Positions 9,932-20,637 of a stretch of 64,000 bases of DNA are shown here, piece by piece. A program made the translations under genes and the position numbers. This DNA is from an uncultured delta proteobacterium (lineage in GTDB: Bacteria; Myxococcota_A; Polyangia; Polyangiales; B10-G4): assembly GCA_963727445.1 (NCBI GenBank), contig CAVSGI010000006.1, positions 576,001-640,000 on the forward strand, written 5' to 3'. The number at the start of each line of letters is the position of its first letter. The stretch's first letter is position 1. The notes under the pieces are model-generated. The model saw only the letters and a program-made list of their open reading frames with translations. It was not told the DNA's origin and made no database searches.

Positions 9932-12900
9932 TCGCGCGCTGGCTCGGACGCCACCGACGGTCCGTAGCCTTCGTCTTCGTGTTGCTGGTGGCGGCCGGCG
10001 CCGCCAGCACCTTCTCGCTGCCAGTCGCGCTCTTTCCCCACGTCGACTTTCCCCGCATCGTCGTCTCCGTCGACGCAGGTGACCGACCTGCCGACCGGAT
10101 GGCCATCGAGGTGACGCGGCCAGTGGAAGAGGCGCTGCGCAGCGTGCCCGGTGTGCGTCGGGTGCGGTCACAGACCTCGCGCGGGAGCGCCGAGATCTCC
10201 CTGTCTTTCGACTGGGGGCGCGACATGGTGTCGTCGCTCCTCCTCACCGAGTCCGCGATCACGCGGATCGCGCCGACGCTGCCGAGCGGAACCAGCTTCG
10301 ACGTTCGCCGGATGGATCCCACCGTCTTTCCGGTCATCGCCTACAGCCTCACGTCGGCCAGGCTCTCTCCGACCGAGCTGTACGACATCGCCAAGTACCG
10401 GCTCGCCCCGGCGATCGCGACCATCGAAGGGGTAGGGCATACGACGGTGCTCGGCGGGCGGCAGGAGGAGTATCGCATCACGGTCGATCCCGAGAGGCTC
10501 GCGACCTACGGCCTCACGCTGCAGGACGTCGTGAACGTGGTGGGTGCGAGCAACGTGATCACGGCGGTGGGGCGGATCGAGGACCTGCACAAGCTCTACC
10601 TGGTGATCGCCGAGTCGAACGCCGTGGAGCTGGAGAAGTTGGGGACCATCGTTCTCAAGAGTGGGGAGGATGGGGCGGTGCTGGTGGAGGACGTCGCCAC
10701 CCTGAGCGACGTTGCGGCGCCGAGTTGGACCCGGGTGGCGGCCGACGGACGAGACGCGGTGCTGCTGCAGATCTATCAACAGCCCACTGGCAACACCGTG
10801 GCCGTCGCCCAGGCCGTTCGCTCGCTGATTCGCACCGAGCGCCCGAACCTCCCGCCGTCGCTCGAGATACACGCTTGGTACGACCAGAGTGAGCTGATCC
10901 AGGCGTCGGCGGCTTCGGTTCGCGACGCGGTCATCGTGGGAGTGGCGCTCGCGTGCCTGGTGCTGCTGGTCTTTCTCCGCAGCTTCAGAGTCGCGCTGGT
11001 CGCGCTGATCGTCGTCCCCGGTGTCCTGGCCGTCGCCGCGCTCCTGCTCGAGGTCCTGGGCATGAGCTTCAACATCATGACCCTCGGCGGAATGGCGGCG
11101 GCGGTGGGGCTGATCATCGACGACGCGATCGTGATGATCGAGCACATCCAGGTGCGCCATGCCGCCGCCTCCGGGGCGCTCGCGGCGGGTGAGGAGCTCA
11201 CCCGTCCCCTGGTCGTGTCCTCCACGGTCACGGTGGTCGTCTTCGCCCCCCTCGCGTTCCTCAGCGGGATCACGGGTGCGTTCTTCAAAGCGCTCTCACT
11301 GACCATGGCCTCGAGCCTCATCATCTCCTTCTTCGTCGCATGGCTCTTCGTGCCCATCGTGACCGAACGCCTGGCGTTCACCGGGGAGCACCGCGGGGAG
11401 GATGCGAGCCCGGGCTTGGTGATGCGCACATACGACCGGCTTCTGTCCGCTGTGCTCCGTCGCCCGTGGGTGGTCATTGTCGCGCTGGTGCCGCTCCTCG
11501 GCGCCGGCTGGTTGAGCTATCGCAACCTCGGTTCGGGCTTCATGCCGTCGATGGACGAAGGCGGCTTCATCATCGATTATCGCGCGGCTCCCGGGACCTC
11601 GCTGACCGACACGGACGCGCTCTGTCGCCGCCTCGAAGGCATCCTCGCGGAGATCCCGGAGGTCGATAGCTACTCCCGACGGACCGGCGTTCAGCTCGGT
11701 GGTGGGTTGACGGAAGCCAACGAGGGAGACTTCTTCGTTCGTCTGAAGAACGAGCGCTCGCGCGGCGTCGAGGCGGTGATGGACGACGTGCGCGGGCACG
11801 TGGAAAGAGAGCTCCCCGGGCTCGAGATCGAGCTGGCCCAGTTGATGGAGGATCTGATCGGCGACCTCACCGCAGTGCCGCAGCCCATCGAGATCGAGAT
11901 CTTCGCGGACGACCCCGAGGCGCTCTCGGCGACGGCGAACACAATCGCGGAGAAGATCGCGTCCGTGCCGGGGGTGGTCGACATCAACCCCGGCGTCGTT
12001 CTCGCGGGGGACGCCCTTCACGTGGACGTCGATCCGGTCCGCGCAGCCCTGCAGGGCATGGATCCGGCGAGCATCGCTGCGGCCGTGCGCGATCAGATCG
12101 AAGGGACCATCGCCTCGAACGTCCAACACGACCCCAAGATGATCGGGATCCGGGTCTGGGTCCCCGAACGGCTGCGCGAGACCACCCGCAGCGTCGCCTC
12201 TCTCAGGATCCGCGCGCCCGATGGCCACGTGTTCCCGGTGGGGCGGGTCGCCGAGATTCGCCGGGTGTCAGGCGAGCCGCAGATCTCTCGCGACGACCTG
12301 CGCCGCATGGTCGCGGTGACCGCGCGCATCTCCGGGCGCGACATGGGCTCGGTGGTCGCCGACGTCCAGGAGGTGATCGCGGCGGACGGGGTGATCCCCT
12401 CGGGGATGAGCCATCGCCTGGGCGGCCTCTATGCGGAGCAGCAGAACGCCTTCGTCGGGCTCATCGCCGTCTTCGCCGCAGCCGTGGCGCTGGTGTTCTT
12501 CGTTCTTCTCTTCACCTACGAGAGCTTTCGCGTCGCGGCCAGCATGATGGTCACCACGCTCTTGTCCTTCTGCGCGGTGCTCGCCGGACTCGTCTCGACG
12601 GGGACCGCGCTCGACATCTCCTCGATGATGGGCATGACCATGGTCGTCGGTATCGTCACCGAGGTCTCGGTGTTCTACGTGTCGTCGGTGGCCAACCACG
12701 CCCACGAACAAGAGGCTCTTCGGCTTGCGGCCCTCGAGCGGTTCCGCCCCATCGCCATGACGACCCTCGCCGCGATCCTCGCGCTCATGCCCCTCGCGCT
12801 CGCGATCGGCGAGGGGGCGTCCATGGAGCAGCCCCTCGCCATCGCCGTGGTCTTTGGGCTCGTCGCGCAAATGCCTCTGGTTCTGCTGGTCCTGCCAGCG

Positions 12901-12948
12901 CTTCTGCGGCTCGCAAAGGCCACGAAGGTGCTCCGCAGAGCGAGTTAA
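9928..12948 (+). CDS. RND efflux permease (AcrB/CzcA superfamily)
   Basis: LPVALFPHVDFP, NIMTLGGMAAAVGLIIDDAIV, GFMPSMDEG, RFRPIAMTTLAAILALMPLA; 1006 aa; GTGA overlap. Confidence 0.92.
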   Translation: MIARWLGRHRRSVAFVFVLLVAAGAASTFSLPVALFPHVDFPRIVVSVDAGDRPADRMAIEVTRPVEEALRSVPGVRRVRSQTSRGSAEISLSFDWGRDMVSSLLLTESAITRIAPTLPSGTSFDVRRMDPTVFPVIAYSLTSARLSPTELYDIAKYRLAPAIATIEGVGHTTVLGGRQEEYRITVDPERLATYGLTLQDVVNVVGASNVITAVGRIEDLHKLYLVIAESNAVELEKLGTIVLKSGEDGAVLVEDVATLSDVAAPSWTRVAADGRDAVLLQIYQQPTGNTVAVAQAVRSLIRTERPNLPPSLEIHAWYDQSELIQASAASVRDAVIVGVALACLVLLVFLRSFRVALVALIVVPGVLAVAALLLEVLGMSFNIMTLGGMAAAVGLIIDDAIVMIEHIQVRHAAASGALAAGEELTRPLVVSSTVTVVVFAPLAFLSGITGAFFKALSLTMASSLIISFFVAWLFVPIVTERLAFTGEHRGEDASPGLVMRTYDRLLSAVLRRPWVVIVALVPLLGAGWLSYRNLGSGFMPSMDEGGFIIDYRAAPGTSLTDTDALCRRLEGILAEIPEVDSYSRRTGVQLGGGLTEANEGDFFVRLKNERSRGVEAVMDDVRGHVERELPGLEIELAQLMEDLIGDLTAVPQPIEIEIFADDPEALSATANTIAEKIASVPGVVDINPGVVLAGDALHVDVDPVRAALQGMDPASIAAAVRDQIEGTIASNVQHDPKMIGIRVWVPERLRETTRSVASLRIRAPDGHVFPVGRVAEIRRVSGEPQISRDDLRRMVAVTARISGRDMGSVVADVQEVIAADGVIPSGMSHRLGGLYAEQQNAFVGLIAVFAAAVALVFFVLLFTYESFRVAASMMVTTLLSFCAVLAGLVSTGTALDISSMMGMTMVVGIVTEVSVFYVSSVANHAHEQEALRLAALERFRPIAMTTLAAILALMPLALAIGEGASMEQPLAIAVVFGLVAQMPLVLLVLPALLRLAKATKVLRRAS

Positions 12949-12988
12949 GTGGACTTCGGGGCGGGGGGCATTCATGTACCCGCCGCCG

Positions 12989-15109
12989 ATGCTTCGATGG
13001 ATAGCCCCGACGGTCGCGCTCGTGCTCGCTGCATGTGGCGTCGACGCGGTCGACGGTGCGGAGGCCGCCATCGTCGGCGGGACGCGCTCCGAGCGCGATT
13101 ACGTGGTCTACATCGAGGGCGTGCGAGACGGGCTGACCTTCAGCTGCTCGGGGACGATCATCGGCGACTACGCGATCCTCACGGCGCGTCACTGCGTGAT
13201 GGGGGGTGGTGCGCGCTACGACGTCCCCCTGCCGGTCGACACCCTCACCATCCGCTTCGGAGGCCACGCCGACCGACCGACGCGTGAGCTTCGGGTCGCA
13301 GAGGTCGTCACCGCGGGCGGCGAACGGCGCAGCTATCAATGGGAGGGCAAGGACCTCGCGGTGATCATCGCCGAGGAGCATCTGGGTGACCTGCAGACGG
13401 TCGTCGCGCCCGACCTGGTCTCGCCCGATGCCCCGGTGACCCTCGTCGGCTACGGCACGCGCGGCGGCGTCACCGGTGCGGGCGAGCGCTGGGAAGGAAC
13501 CACGGTGGTCGACCTCGTCGCCCCGGTCAGCCTGGATCCGGCGGCGCGCTACTTCGGCTTCCTCTCGACCGACGAAGGAGAAGTGACCGGCTGTCCGGGG
13601 GACAGCGGCGGCCCGGTGCTCGACGCGTCCGACGAGGTGGTGGGCGTGATGAGCACCTACGTCCGCTGTGCGCCGGGGAGCGTCAACTATCACGCCAGCC
13701 CCTACGCGAACCGGGGGCTCATCCGGCGCGCGCTCGCGCGCGTGCCCGGCTGCGCGCAGATCGATCCCGGCGGCGGATGCGAGCCCCTCGAGGTGACCCC
13801 GCTCTTCGAGGAGGTCGTGACCACGGGCGTCGACACGGACGAGGTCGCCTTCTTGGCCGGCGACGTCGTGGTGCCCGTGCCGGGCGGCGCGCGCATCTTC
13901 GTGCCGGGCGCAGGAGCGCCGACCACCGTCGACATCGCCGCGAGCGGCGTGTCCGGCGTCCCCGCGCTCGCCGCCACCGATACCCTCCTCGCGCTCGGCG
14001 AAGGCGACGCGGTGGCGCTCTTCGACGCGAGCGGGGCACACGCCTCCCTCGGCTCGGTCGTTCTGGGGAGCGCTGGGGCGCCCATGACGGCGCTGGCGCT
14101 CGGCGGGGACACGCTCGTCGCGGGCTTCGAGGGCTTCTATTCGGACGAGGGCGACGACCGGGCGGGGAGCGCGTACGTGTCGGCGGACGTCGCTGTCGCG
14201 ACCGGCGAGCCTGTCGCCACCAGCGTGTCGCCCAGCTTCGCCTCGGCGCTCGCGGTGAGCGGCACCGCCTTCGCGGTCGGGGAGCGGTGGGCGAGCGACG
14301 ACGAAGAAGCGCAAGGCCAGGTCCATCTCTATGAGTGGATGGGCGGCGCGTTCAGCGAGACCGCGACCCTCGTCGCCGACGATCCCCAGCCCTTCGACGA
14401 GCTGGGCGCGAGCCTCGATTGGGACGGGGACACGCTCGTCGCCGGCGCGCCGGGGGACGACACGGTGAACGGCGACGCCGGCGCGCTCTACGTCTTCGAT
14501 ACCCGCGACCTCGGCGCGCCGCCGCTGAAGCTCCTGCCCGAGAGCGGTCCGAGTCATGGGGCCGAGCTCGGTCGCAGCGTGGCGGTGGACGGCGATTACA
14601 TCGTCGCGGGCGCCCCGGGAGACACGCAGCGCGCGGGCGCGGTGTACGTCTTCTACCGCAGGCCCGGTGGATGGGGCCGGCTCGGGCGGATCACGCCAAG
14701 CGAGACCACGCCTCCGCGTTTCGGCACCGCGGTCGCCATCGCCGGGGACCGGGTCGCGGTGCTGGCGACGCCGAGCACCCGCGGCGGAACACAGGACGCG
14801 GCGCTCTCGCTGTTCCAGATCGCCGGCGCCTGCACCGGGATGCCGGCCGCGCCCCCCGCCTGCGTGCCGCCGCCGGCGCCCGGAGCCGAAGACGCGGGCA
14901 CCCTGCCGGACGCGGGCATGCTGGACGCAAGTTCGCCGCCAACCCCCGACGCCGGTGAGGACGCCGGGGGTGGCGACGCCACGGTGTCTCCGAGCGATGA
15001 CACCGCGGGAGGTTGTGGCTGTCGCGCTTCGCCGGGTGCGGGAGACGCGCTGCCGTGGGCCGTGTTGCTGCTGTTGGTGGCCACGCGGCGGCGACGACAG
15101 GTCGCGTAG
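12989..15109 (+). CDS. Trypsin-like (S1) serine protease with FG-GAP-type repeats and MYXO-CTERM tail
   Basis: IVGG, LTARHC, DLAV, GDSGGP; repeats such as LGASLDWDGDTLVAGAPG..AGALYVF; tail GGCGCRAS...LLLLVATRRRR. Alternative start 12974. Confidence 0.88.
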   Translation: MLRWIAPTVALVLAACGVDAVDGAEAAIVGGTRSERDYVVYIEGVRDGLTFSCSGTIIGDYAILTARHCVMGGGARYDVPLPVDTLTIRFGGHADRPTRELRVAEVVTAGGERRSYQWEGKDLAVIIAEEHLGDLQTVVAPDLVSPDAPVTLVGYGTRGGVTGAGERWEGTTVVDLVAPVSLDPAARYFGFLSTDEGEVTGCPGDSGGPVLDASDEVVGVMSTYVRCAPGSVNYHASPYANRGLIRRALARVPGCAQIDPGGGCEPLEVTPLFEEVVTTGVDTDEVAFLAGDVVVPVPGGARIFVPGAGAPTTVDIAASGVSGVPALAATDTLLALGEGDAVALFDASGAHASLGSVVLGSAGAPMTALALGGDTLVAGFEGFYSDEGDDRAGSAYVSADVAVATGEPVATSVSPSFASALAVSGTAFAVGERWASDDEEAQGQVHLYEWMGGAFSETATLVADDPQPFDELGASLDWDGDTLVAGAPGDDTVNGDAGALYVFDTRDLGAPPLKLLPESGPSHGAELGRSVAVDGDYIVAGAPGDTQRAGAVYVFYRRPGGWGRLGRITPSETTPPRFGTAVAIAGDRVAVLATPSTRGGTQDAALSLFQIAGACTGMPAAPPACVPPPAPGAEDAGTLPDAGMLDASSPPTPDAGEDAGGGDATVSPSDDTAGGCGCRASPGAGDALPWAVLLLLVATRRRRQVA

Positions 15110-15126
15110 CCGCCGCGGGCCATACG

Positions 15127-17214
15127 TCAGTCGAGCGGCGTGATGGTGACGCGGACGACGTCTCCCACCGGCGGATAGGACCACACCGGCGCGCCATCGG
15201 CGTTGCGGACCGTGCCGTCACCCTCCGCCGCGCCGGTGTTCGGCGCCGACTGCGCGGGCGCCTGGTCAGCGCCGAGGGCGCTCGCCTGGTTCTGCTCGCT
15301 GCCGGCGTCCCAGGCGCCGAGCATCGCCGCCACGTCGGTGGCGATGTCCGCATCGCTGCGCACGGCGCCGGTGCTGTCGACGAGCTCGATGCCGCTCTCC
15401 GGGAAGGCGAGGAAGGTGTCGTTCGAGGGAACGATCATCGAGGCCACGCTCAGAAAACGGTGCGTCGCGTCCATGGTCACGGTGAAGGTGTAGCCGTCAC
15501 CCGCCATGATCGGGCCGCTGCCGCCGCCGTCGCGCATCGCCTGGGCGCCTGCGGACAGGACGCCGGAGGCGCCGTCGATCTCGGTGACCAGATCCGCGGG
15601 GCTGCCGTCCTCGGCGAGCTTCTGCAGGCCCGCCGACGCCGGCATCCCTTCGGTGAAGAGGCTCGCGGTGTCGTCGTGCACGGCGTGGAACATCGGGCCG
15701 AGGACACCCGGATAGGCCGTGCCATCGCTGGTGTTCGTCACCTGGACCTGGAAGTCCATGCCGCTGGTGTGGGTGATGGTGAGGTCGACGAAGCCGCCGG
15801 CCATCGCACCCGCGAGGTCGTTGGTGCTGTCGTCGTAGAGACGCACGTTGTCGTCGGGATCCGCCGCACCGTCGCCGGGCGCCGCCTGGCGGGGCGCCTG
15901 GTTCGGCCCGACGCCGGGGACCTCGTTGGCCTCGGTGCCAGCATCCCAGACCGCGATCATCTTGCGCATCTCGGCTTCCACCTCCGCCGCCGGGCGAGGG
16001 GCACCCGTACTGTCGAGGAGGGCGAGACCGGAAAAGCCCAAAAACGCGTCGTTGCTCTGACCGATCATGGTCGCGATGGTCAGAAGCGGATGGTCGCTGT
16101 CCGGCGTGACGGTGAGCGCGTAGCTCTTGCCGGGGGTGGCGGGGCCGGCGGAGGAGTCTCCGACCGGAATGGCCATCGCTCCCGCCATGAGCACTCCGCT
16201 CGCGCCCGTGTAGGAAGTGACCAGCGTGGATGGGTTGCCTTGTTCCGCGAGGTCTTCCAGTCCCATGCCGTCGTCGGGCGTGCCGGCCGCGAACACGGCG
16301 ACCGTGTCGTCGTGCAATGCGTAGAACACTGGCGAGATCGGGGAGACGAGCGTCCCGCGATCGCCGGAGACGTTGTCGATGGTGATGGTGTAGTCACCAC
16401 TCGACTCGCTGACCGAGATGCCGATGATGTCGGCCGGGAGCGGGATGGCGCGGGTGTTGTCGGAGAACGCGCGGACGACGCCTTCGGTCGCGCCCTGACC
16501 GGGCATGGACTGCCGTGGTGCCTGGTCAGGACCGAGGTGAGGCGCCTCGTCGATCTCGGTGCCCGCGTTCCACAGGGCGATCATGTCCGTCACGTCGCGC
16601 TCGGCGAGGGGGTTGCCCATGGAGTCGAAGAGGGGGATGCCGTCGCCGTTCGGCGCCACGAAGACGTCGTTCGACTGACCCACCATGGAGGCGAAGGAGA
16701 GGTTGGGCATGTCCGGGGTCGCGGTGATGTCGATCTCGTACGCGTCGCCGGGGAGGATCGGTCCGGGGTCGGTCGCGCCCATGGGCATGTTGAAGACGCC
16801 GCTCGCGCCCGAGGGAAGCGCCGCCGCGAGCGTGCTCGGGTCCGCGTCCTCGGCGATGTTCTCGAGGCCGTCGCCGTAGTCGGCCGAACCCTCCATGAAC
16901 AGGGGGTCGGGATCGCTGTGCAGGACCCAGACGCCCGGGCTCAGGGGTGTGACGTAGCCTCCGCCCGTCGCGTTCTCGATGCGCAAACGGAAGTGGGCGC
17001 CGGTGCCGGCGTCCCCCCCGCCATCGACGCTGCCGTCGGTCGAGCCGTCGGGGCTCGCATCGACAGAGCCGTCGGGCGAGCCGTCGGGCGAGCCGTCGCT
17101 CATGACCGAGGAGTCGGTAGAAGCGTCCATCATGACCGTGCTGTCGTCGCCGCAGCCCAGGGCGAGCCCCGGCGCCACGATGAGCACGAATGCTGATCGA
17201 ATAAGTGAATTCAT
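15127..17214 (-). CDS. Lipoprotein with three tandem spondin-N-like domains
   Basis: Lipobox LALGC; three copies of SP(G/V)..H..GL..(I/L)AE.G...SM...SND.F...W(D/N)AG(T/S)E. Confidence 0.85.
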   Translation of the reverse strand: MNSLIRSAFVLIVAPGLALGCGDDSTVMMDASTDSSVMSDGSPDGSPDGSVDASPDGSTDGSVDGGGDAGTGAHFRLRIENATGGGYVTPLSPGVWVLHSDPDPLFMEGSADYGDGLENIAEDADPSTLAAALPSGASGVFNMPMGATDPGPILPGDAYEIDITATPDMPNLSFASMVGQSNDVFVAPNGDGIPLFDSMGNPLAERDVTDMIALWNAGTEIDEAPHLGPDQAPRQSMPGQGATEGVVRAFSDNTRAIPLPADIIGISVSESSGDYTITIDNVSGDRGTLVSPISPVFYALHDDTVAVFAAGTPDDGMGLEDLAEQGNPSTLVTSYTGASGVLMAGAMAIPVGDSSAGPATPGKSYALTVTPDSDHPLLTIATMIGQSNDAFLGFSGLALLDSTGAPRPAAEVEAEMRKMIAVWDAGTEANEVPGVGPNQAPRQAAPGDGAADPDDNVRLYDDSTNDLAGAMAGGFVDLTITHTSGMDFQVQVTNTSDGTAYPGVLGPMFHAVHDDTASLFTEGMPASAGLQKLAEDGSPADLVTEIDGASGVLSAGAQAMRDGGGSGPIMAGDGYTFTVTMDATHRFLSVASMIVPSNDTFLAFPESGIELVDSTGAVRSDADIATDVAAMLGAWDAGSEQNQASALGADQAPAQSAPNTGAAEGDGTVRNADGAPVWSYPPVGDVVRVTITPLD

Positions 17215-17442
17215 TTTTCCTCCGCGAGTGGAGGGCGCGCCAAACGTCCTCACGCCCCAAGCGTGGCGGCACGTCCCACGGGGGGCTTACGAGTGCGGCG
17301 GACGCAAGTTACGCACGCGTCGATCTTTTTCGGGAAGGTGCGCCAGAGGCCGCCGTAACCCCTAGTCGATAGCGCGCTCGACACCGCTGCTTCCCGCCGT
17401 TTGGGGCGCGTTCAGGGGCTCGCCGAAAGGGAGGATTACGTC

Positions 17443-18648
17443 ATGATGTACGTTGGATTTTTCGTTCTGGTGCTGGCCCTCGTCGCCAGCGTGTTCGGCT
17501 TTCTTCAGCTCCGGAAGATGAAGGCCATCAACTCTGCACCGAAGAAGCGCACGGGGGAGCTTCGGAGCAATCCCGCCGCGGCTGGGATGGTGGCTTGCGA
17601 AGGTGCGATCCGCGCCGAGTCGCCGCTCGTCGCCCCTTGCTCGGGCCGCGCCTGTCTCTACTACGAAGTGGAGATCAAGCAGGAGTGGGAAAAGCACGTT
17701 CAGACCGAGAACGGCAGCAAGACCCAGAAGGGCAAGGACACCGCCCACACCGACCGGACGGGCAGCGTCTTCCTGCTCGACGACGGATTGGGCGCGACCC
17801 AGGTCGACGCGCGTGAGAACGTCGACTCGAAGCTCGAGAAGTCCTTCGAGGAGAAGAAGAGCTACGGCTGGGGTGACATCACCTTCGGCAACTACACCAC
17901 GCACGTGAACCGGCCGAGCGATGGCGACAAGCACGCGATCGCGACTTACTGCGTCGAAAAGATCGTTCCCGCGGAGGGCTCCATGTTCGTGGTCGGCGAG
18001 TACGACGGCAACGTCGTGAAGCGTAAGAGCTCGCTCGGCGGCAAGCTCATCCTCGCCCGGGAAGGCATGGCCGCGCTCGTCGGTGCCACCAAGCGCAACA
18101 TGATCATCGGCTTCGCCGCGGCGGGTCTGCTCCTGCCGGTCGGCGGCGCGATGGCCATCTTCGGCGACGCGCCGGAGGCCCCAGCGGACACCTGCGCGTC
18201 GATGCAGGACGACATCGAAGAGGCATGCCTGGGGCGGCTCTACGGCGCCGACGACGTCACCTACGCGTGGACCGTCACCGAGGCCGGCGACTACCGCTTC
18301 GACGCGGTGGGCACGGGGACCGACCCCGTGATGCGTCTGTGGCCCGACGTCCAGGTGCGCGACGCCGCGGGCGGCGTGCTCTTCTCGATGAGCGCCACCG
18401 ATGGCGCGCCCGTCAGCCAGAGCGCGCACTTCGAGCCCGGCGTCTACACCATCGCCGTCAACGACACCCACTTCGGCTGGGCGGACAACCTCGAGGGGGG
18501 CGCCGGCTTCAGCCTGGAGATCGACGCCATCGCGGCCGACCCCGCGACCGAGACCGGCACCGGCACCGCCGCCACCGATGAAGGGGAGGGCGAGACGCCC
18601 ACCACCACCACCGAGGTGATCACCGGCGAGGCGCCCACCGCGGGCTGA
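17443..18648 (+). CDS. GIDE-like domain membrane protein with C-terminal extracytoplasmic beta domain
   Basis: GGAGGA RBS; N-terminal TM; PLVAPCSGRACLYY, FLLDDGLG, EKIVPAEGSMFVVG; second TM; PPC-like tail. Confidence 0.7.
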   Translation: MMYVGFFVLVLALVASVFGFLQLRKMKAINSAPKKRTGELRSNPAAAGMVACEGAIRAESPLVAPCSGRACLYYEVEIKQEWEKHVQTENGSKTQKGKDTAHTDRTGSVFLLDDGLGATQVDARENVDSKLEKSFEEKKSYGWGDITFGNYTTHVNRPSDGDKHAIATYCVEKIVPAEGSMFVVGEYDGNVVKRKSSLGGKLILAREGMAALVGATKRNMIIGFAAAGLLLPVGGAMAIFGDAPEAPADTCASMQDDIEEACLGRLYGADDVTYAWTVTEAGDYRFDAVGTGTDPVMRLWPDVQVRDAAGGVLFSMSATDGAPVSQSAHFEPGVYTIAVNDTHFGWADNLEGGAGFSLEIDAIAADPATETGTGTAATDEGEGETPTTTTEVITGEAPTAG

Positions 18649-18680
18649 AGGCGCGCGTCCGACGACGCGATCCGATGCGG

Positions 18681-18712
18681 AGCCCGTCGCGCCCCTGGCG
18701 CGGCGGGCTTTT
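18681..18712 (+). terminator. Intrinsic terminator
   Basis: AGCCCGTCGCGCC-cct-GGCGCGGCGGGCT hairpin followed by T-run, downstream of the stop at 18648 and between convergent genes. Confidence 0.75.
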
Positions 18713-18755
18713 CGCGTTCAGTGGGCGAAGTCGGCGCGCCGCAGCGAAGCTCGCC

Positions 18756-19628
18756 TCAACCCGCGGAGGGTATCCACGCGGCGGCGATCAGCGCCTTCAG
18801 CCGCTGCGGATCCGTCGCGCTCGTCTTGCACATGAAGCCGCTCTTGTGGGCGAAGTGCACGTCGTCCTCGCCCTCGACCCGTGAGAAGTCGAGCTGCGGA
18901 TGGTCCTCGTAGCGCTGGATCCCATACCCCTCGCCCCGCCGATCCGGATAGACGAGGGCTGCGATCACTTCGCCGAGCGCGTGGGCGCGGACGTAGCCGG
19001 CGAGGGACCCGCTCGGCTCGTCGGGGAGGGGATCGGTGCGCGGCAGGAACACGGCCTCGATCGACTCACCGCCCTGGTCGACGGACCAGCGCTTCACGTG
19101 CGCGTCGGCGAAGGCCAGGCGCTCGTGCGAGGTGCGCAGATAGTCGAGGAGGTCCTGGCCGACGAAGCGCATGTACTCGTAGAGCGGATCCCCTTCGCCG
19201 AGCTCGGTCTTGGCCGCGAAGCGCCTGAGGAGCGTCATGTCGATGGGCGAGTTGAGCTGCGAGATCGCCCGCCGCGGAACGCCCAGATGCTCCGCGGTCT
19301 TCTTCGGCCCGCGCGAGTCGAACCACTCGGCGGGCTCGAGCCAGTCGCAGAAGACCCGTGCGTCCTCGTAGAGCCCGAGATGTTCGAGGACCAGGCTCAG
19401 GGCGCAGGTGGGCGGATGCTCGCGCGGGAAGTGGTGGTGATCGAAGTTCATCCGCTCGGGGGCGTGCTCGCCTCCCACGTCCACCACGGCGACGCCCGCG
19501 TCGCGCAGATCCGCGTCGGTCGGGACGCGACGCACCACGGGCGCGCCATGCTCGGCGATGAGGGCGCAGACGGCCAGGAGGTCGTCTTTGTGCGCACCGC
19601 CCGGGTGGGTGAGGATGGTGTGGATCAT
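18756..19628 (-). CDS. MYG1-family protein (DHH-like nuclease/hydrolase)
   Basis: THPGGAHKDD, VVDVGG, FDHHH, FAHKSGF motifs. Confidence 0.85.
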   Translation of the reverse strand: MIHTILTHPGGAHKDDLLAVCALIAEHGAPVVRRVPTDADLRDAGVAVVDVGGEHAPERMNFDHHHFPREHPPTCALSLVLEHLGLYEDARVFCDWLEPAEWFDSRGPKKTAEHLGVPRRAISQLNSPIDMTLLRRFAAKTELGEGDPLYEYMRFVGQDLLDYLRTSHERLAFADAHVKRWSVDQGGESIEAVFLPRTDPLPDEPSGSLAGYVRAHALGEVIAALVYPDRRGEGYGIQRYEDHPQLDFSRVEGEDDVHFAHKSGFMCKTSATDPQRLKALIAAAWIPSAG

Positions 19629-19655
19629 CGAGAGGCGTTCAGGACGCCGGCGCGA

Positions 19656-20525
19656 TCAGGGACGCAGGATGCGGCCCGGCGCGTCCATGGTCCCCAGCTC
19701 GTTGTGACAGGTGTTGCAGTCGCCGTCCATCTGCGGGGTGTGCATGGCCCGCTCGAGGCCGTCGCCGGTCACCACCTTCGCGGTGTAGGGCATCACCACC
19801 GGTCCATCGAAGGTGTAGAGGAAGAAGTTGCCGGAGTTGTTCACCGGGAGGCGGAACTCCGTCCCTTCGGCGTCGGTGATCAACACGTCCACCGGGCCGT
19901 TGCCGCCGAGCGTCCCCTCGCAGTCGTCGGGCTGGTGGGCGCTGTCGTAGACGGTGCCGCCGATGAGGAGCTGGGGCGCGCGCCGCATGGCGTGACATTC
20001 GATGCACGCGGTGCCCGGGTGCATGAAGGGAGACTCCCGGTCGCCCAGGGTCCAGTACATGTCGCTCGTGCACTGGTCGGGGGTGTCGTAGGGGTTGGGC
20101 ATCGCCGGGTACTCGGTGTCGCAGCCCGCGCCCGTGCCCCCGCTGGTGACCCAGGCTTCGAAGGCCGCGATCTCTGCCTCGGTGGGCTGGGTCATGGGGT
20201 GGGGGGGCATCGGGGCCGCGGTGTTCCGCATGCGGCCGAGGCTCGCCTCCGCCACCGTCTGGGCGGGGGCCGCCGGGTCGGGGGCCATCAGATCGGCGAG
20301 GGTCATCAGGGACATGGGCGCGCTGGCGATGGGGGGATCGCCATGGCAACCGATGCAATAGGTCGCCAAGAGGGAGCTGACCTCGCAGGGCATGTCCGAG
20401 GCCGTGCCCGTGGTGCCGCCTCCGTCGCCGCCTCCGTCGGGCGCACCCGCAGGCCCGTGGTCACGCCCACCGCCGCAGGCCGTCAACATCAAGAAAAGAA
20501 GAGAAAAAACGGAACGCGAAGCCAC
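19656..20525 (-). CDS. Triheme c-type cytochrome lipoprotein
   Basis: GAGGAGG RBS before GTG 20525; lipobox MLTAC; CIGCH, CIECH, CNTCH. Confidence 0.8.
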   Translation of the reverse strand: MASRSVFSLLFLMLTACGGGRDHGPAGAPDGGGDGGGTTGTASDMPCEVSSLLATYCIGCHGDPPIASAPMSLMTLADLMAPDPAAPAQTVAEASLGRMRNTAAPMPPHPMTQPTEAEIAAFEAWVTSGGTGAGCDTEYPAMPNPYDTPDQCTSDMYWTLGDRESPFMHPGTACIECHAMRRAPQLLIGGTVYDSAHQPDDCEGTLGGNGPVDVLITDAEGTEFRLPVNNSGNFFLYTFDGPVVMPYTAKVVTGDGLERAMHTPQMDGDCNTCHNELGTMDAPGRILRP

Positions 20526-20637
20526 TGCCAAGACCTCCTCCAAGTCCCCCCGGGCGGGAGTTTGGCCTCCGGGGCGGGCCATGCAACCGGGATGGTCGAT
20601 CGGGCAACCAGATATCCACCTGCTAGGATTCGGCACC

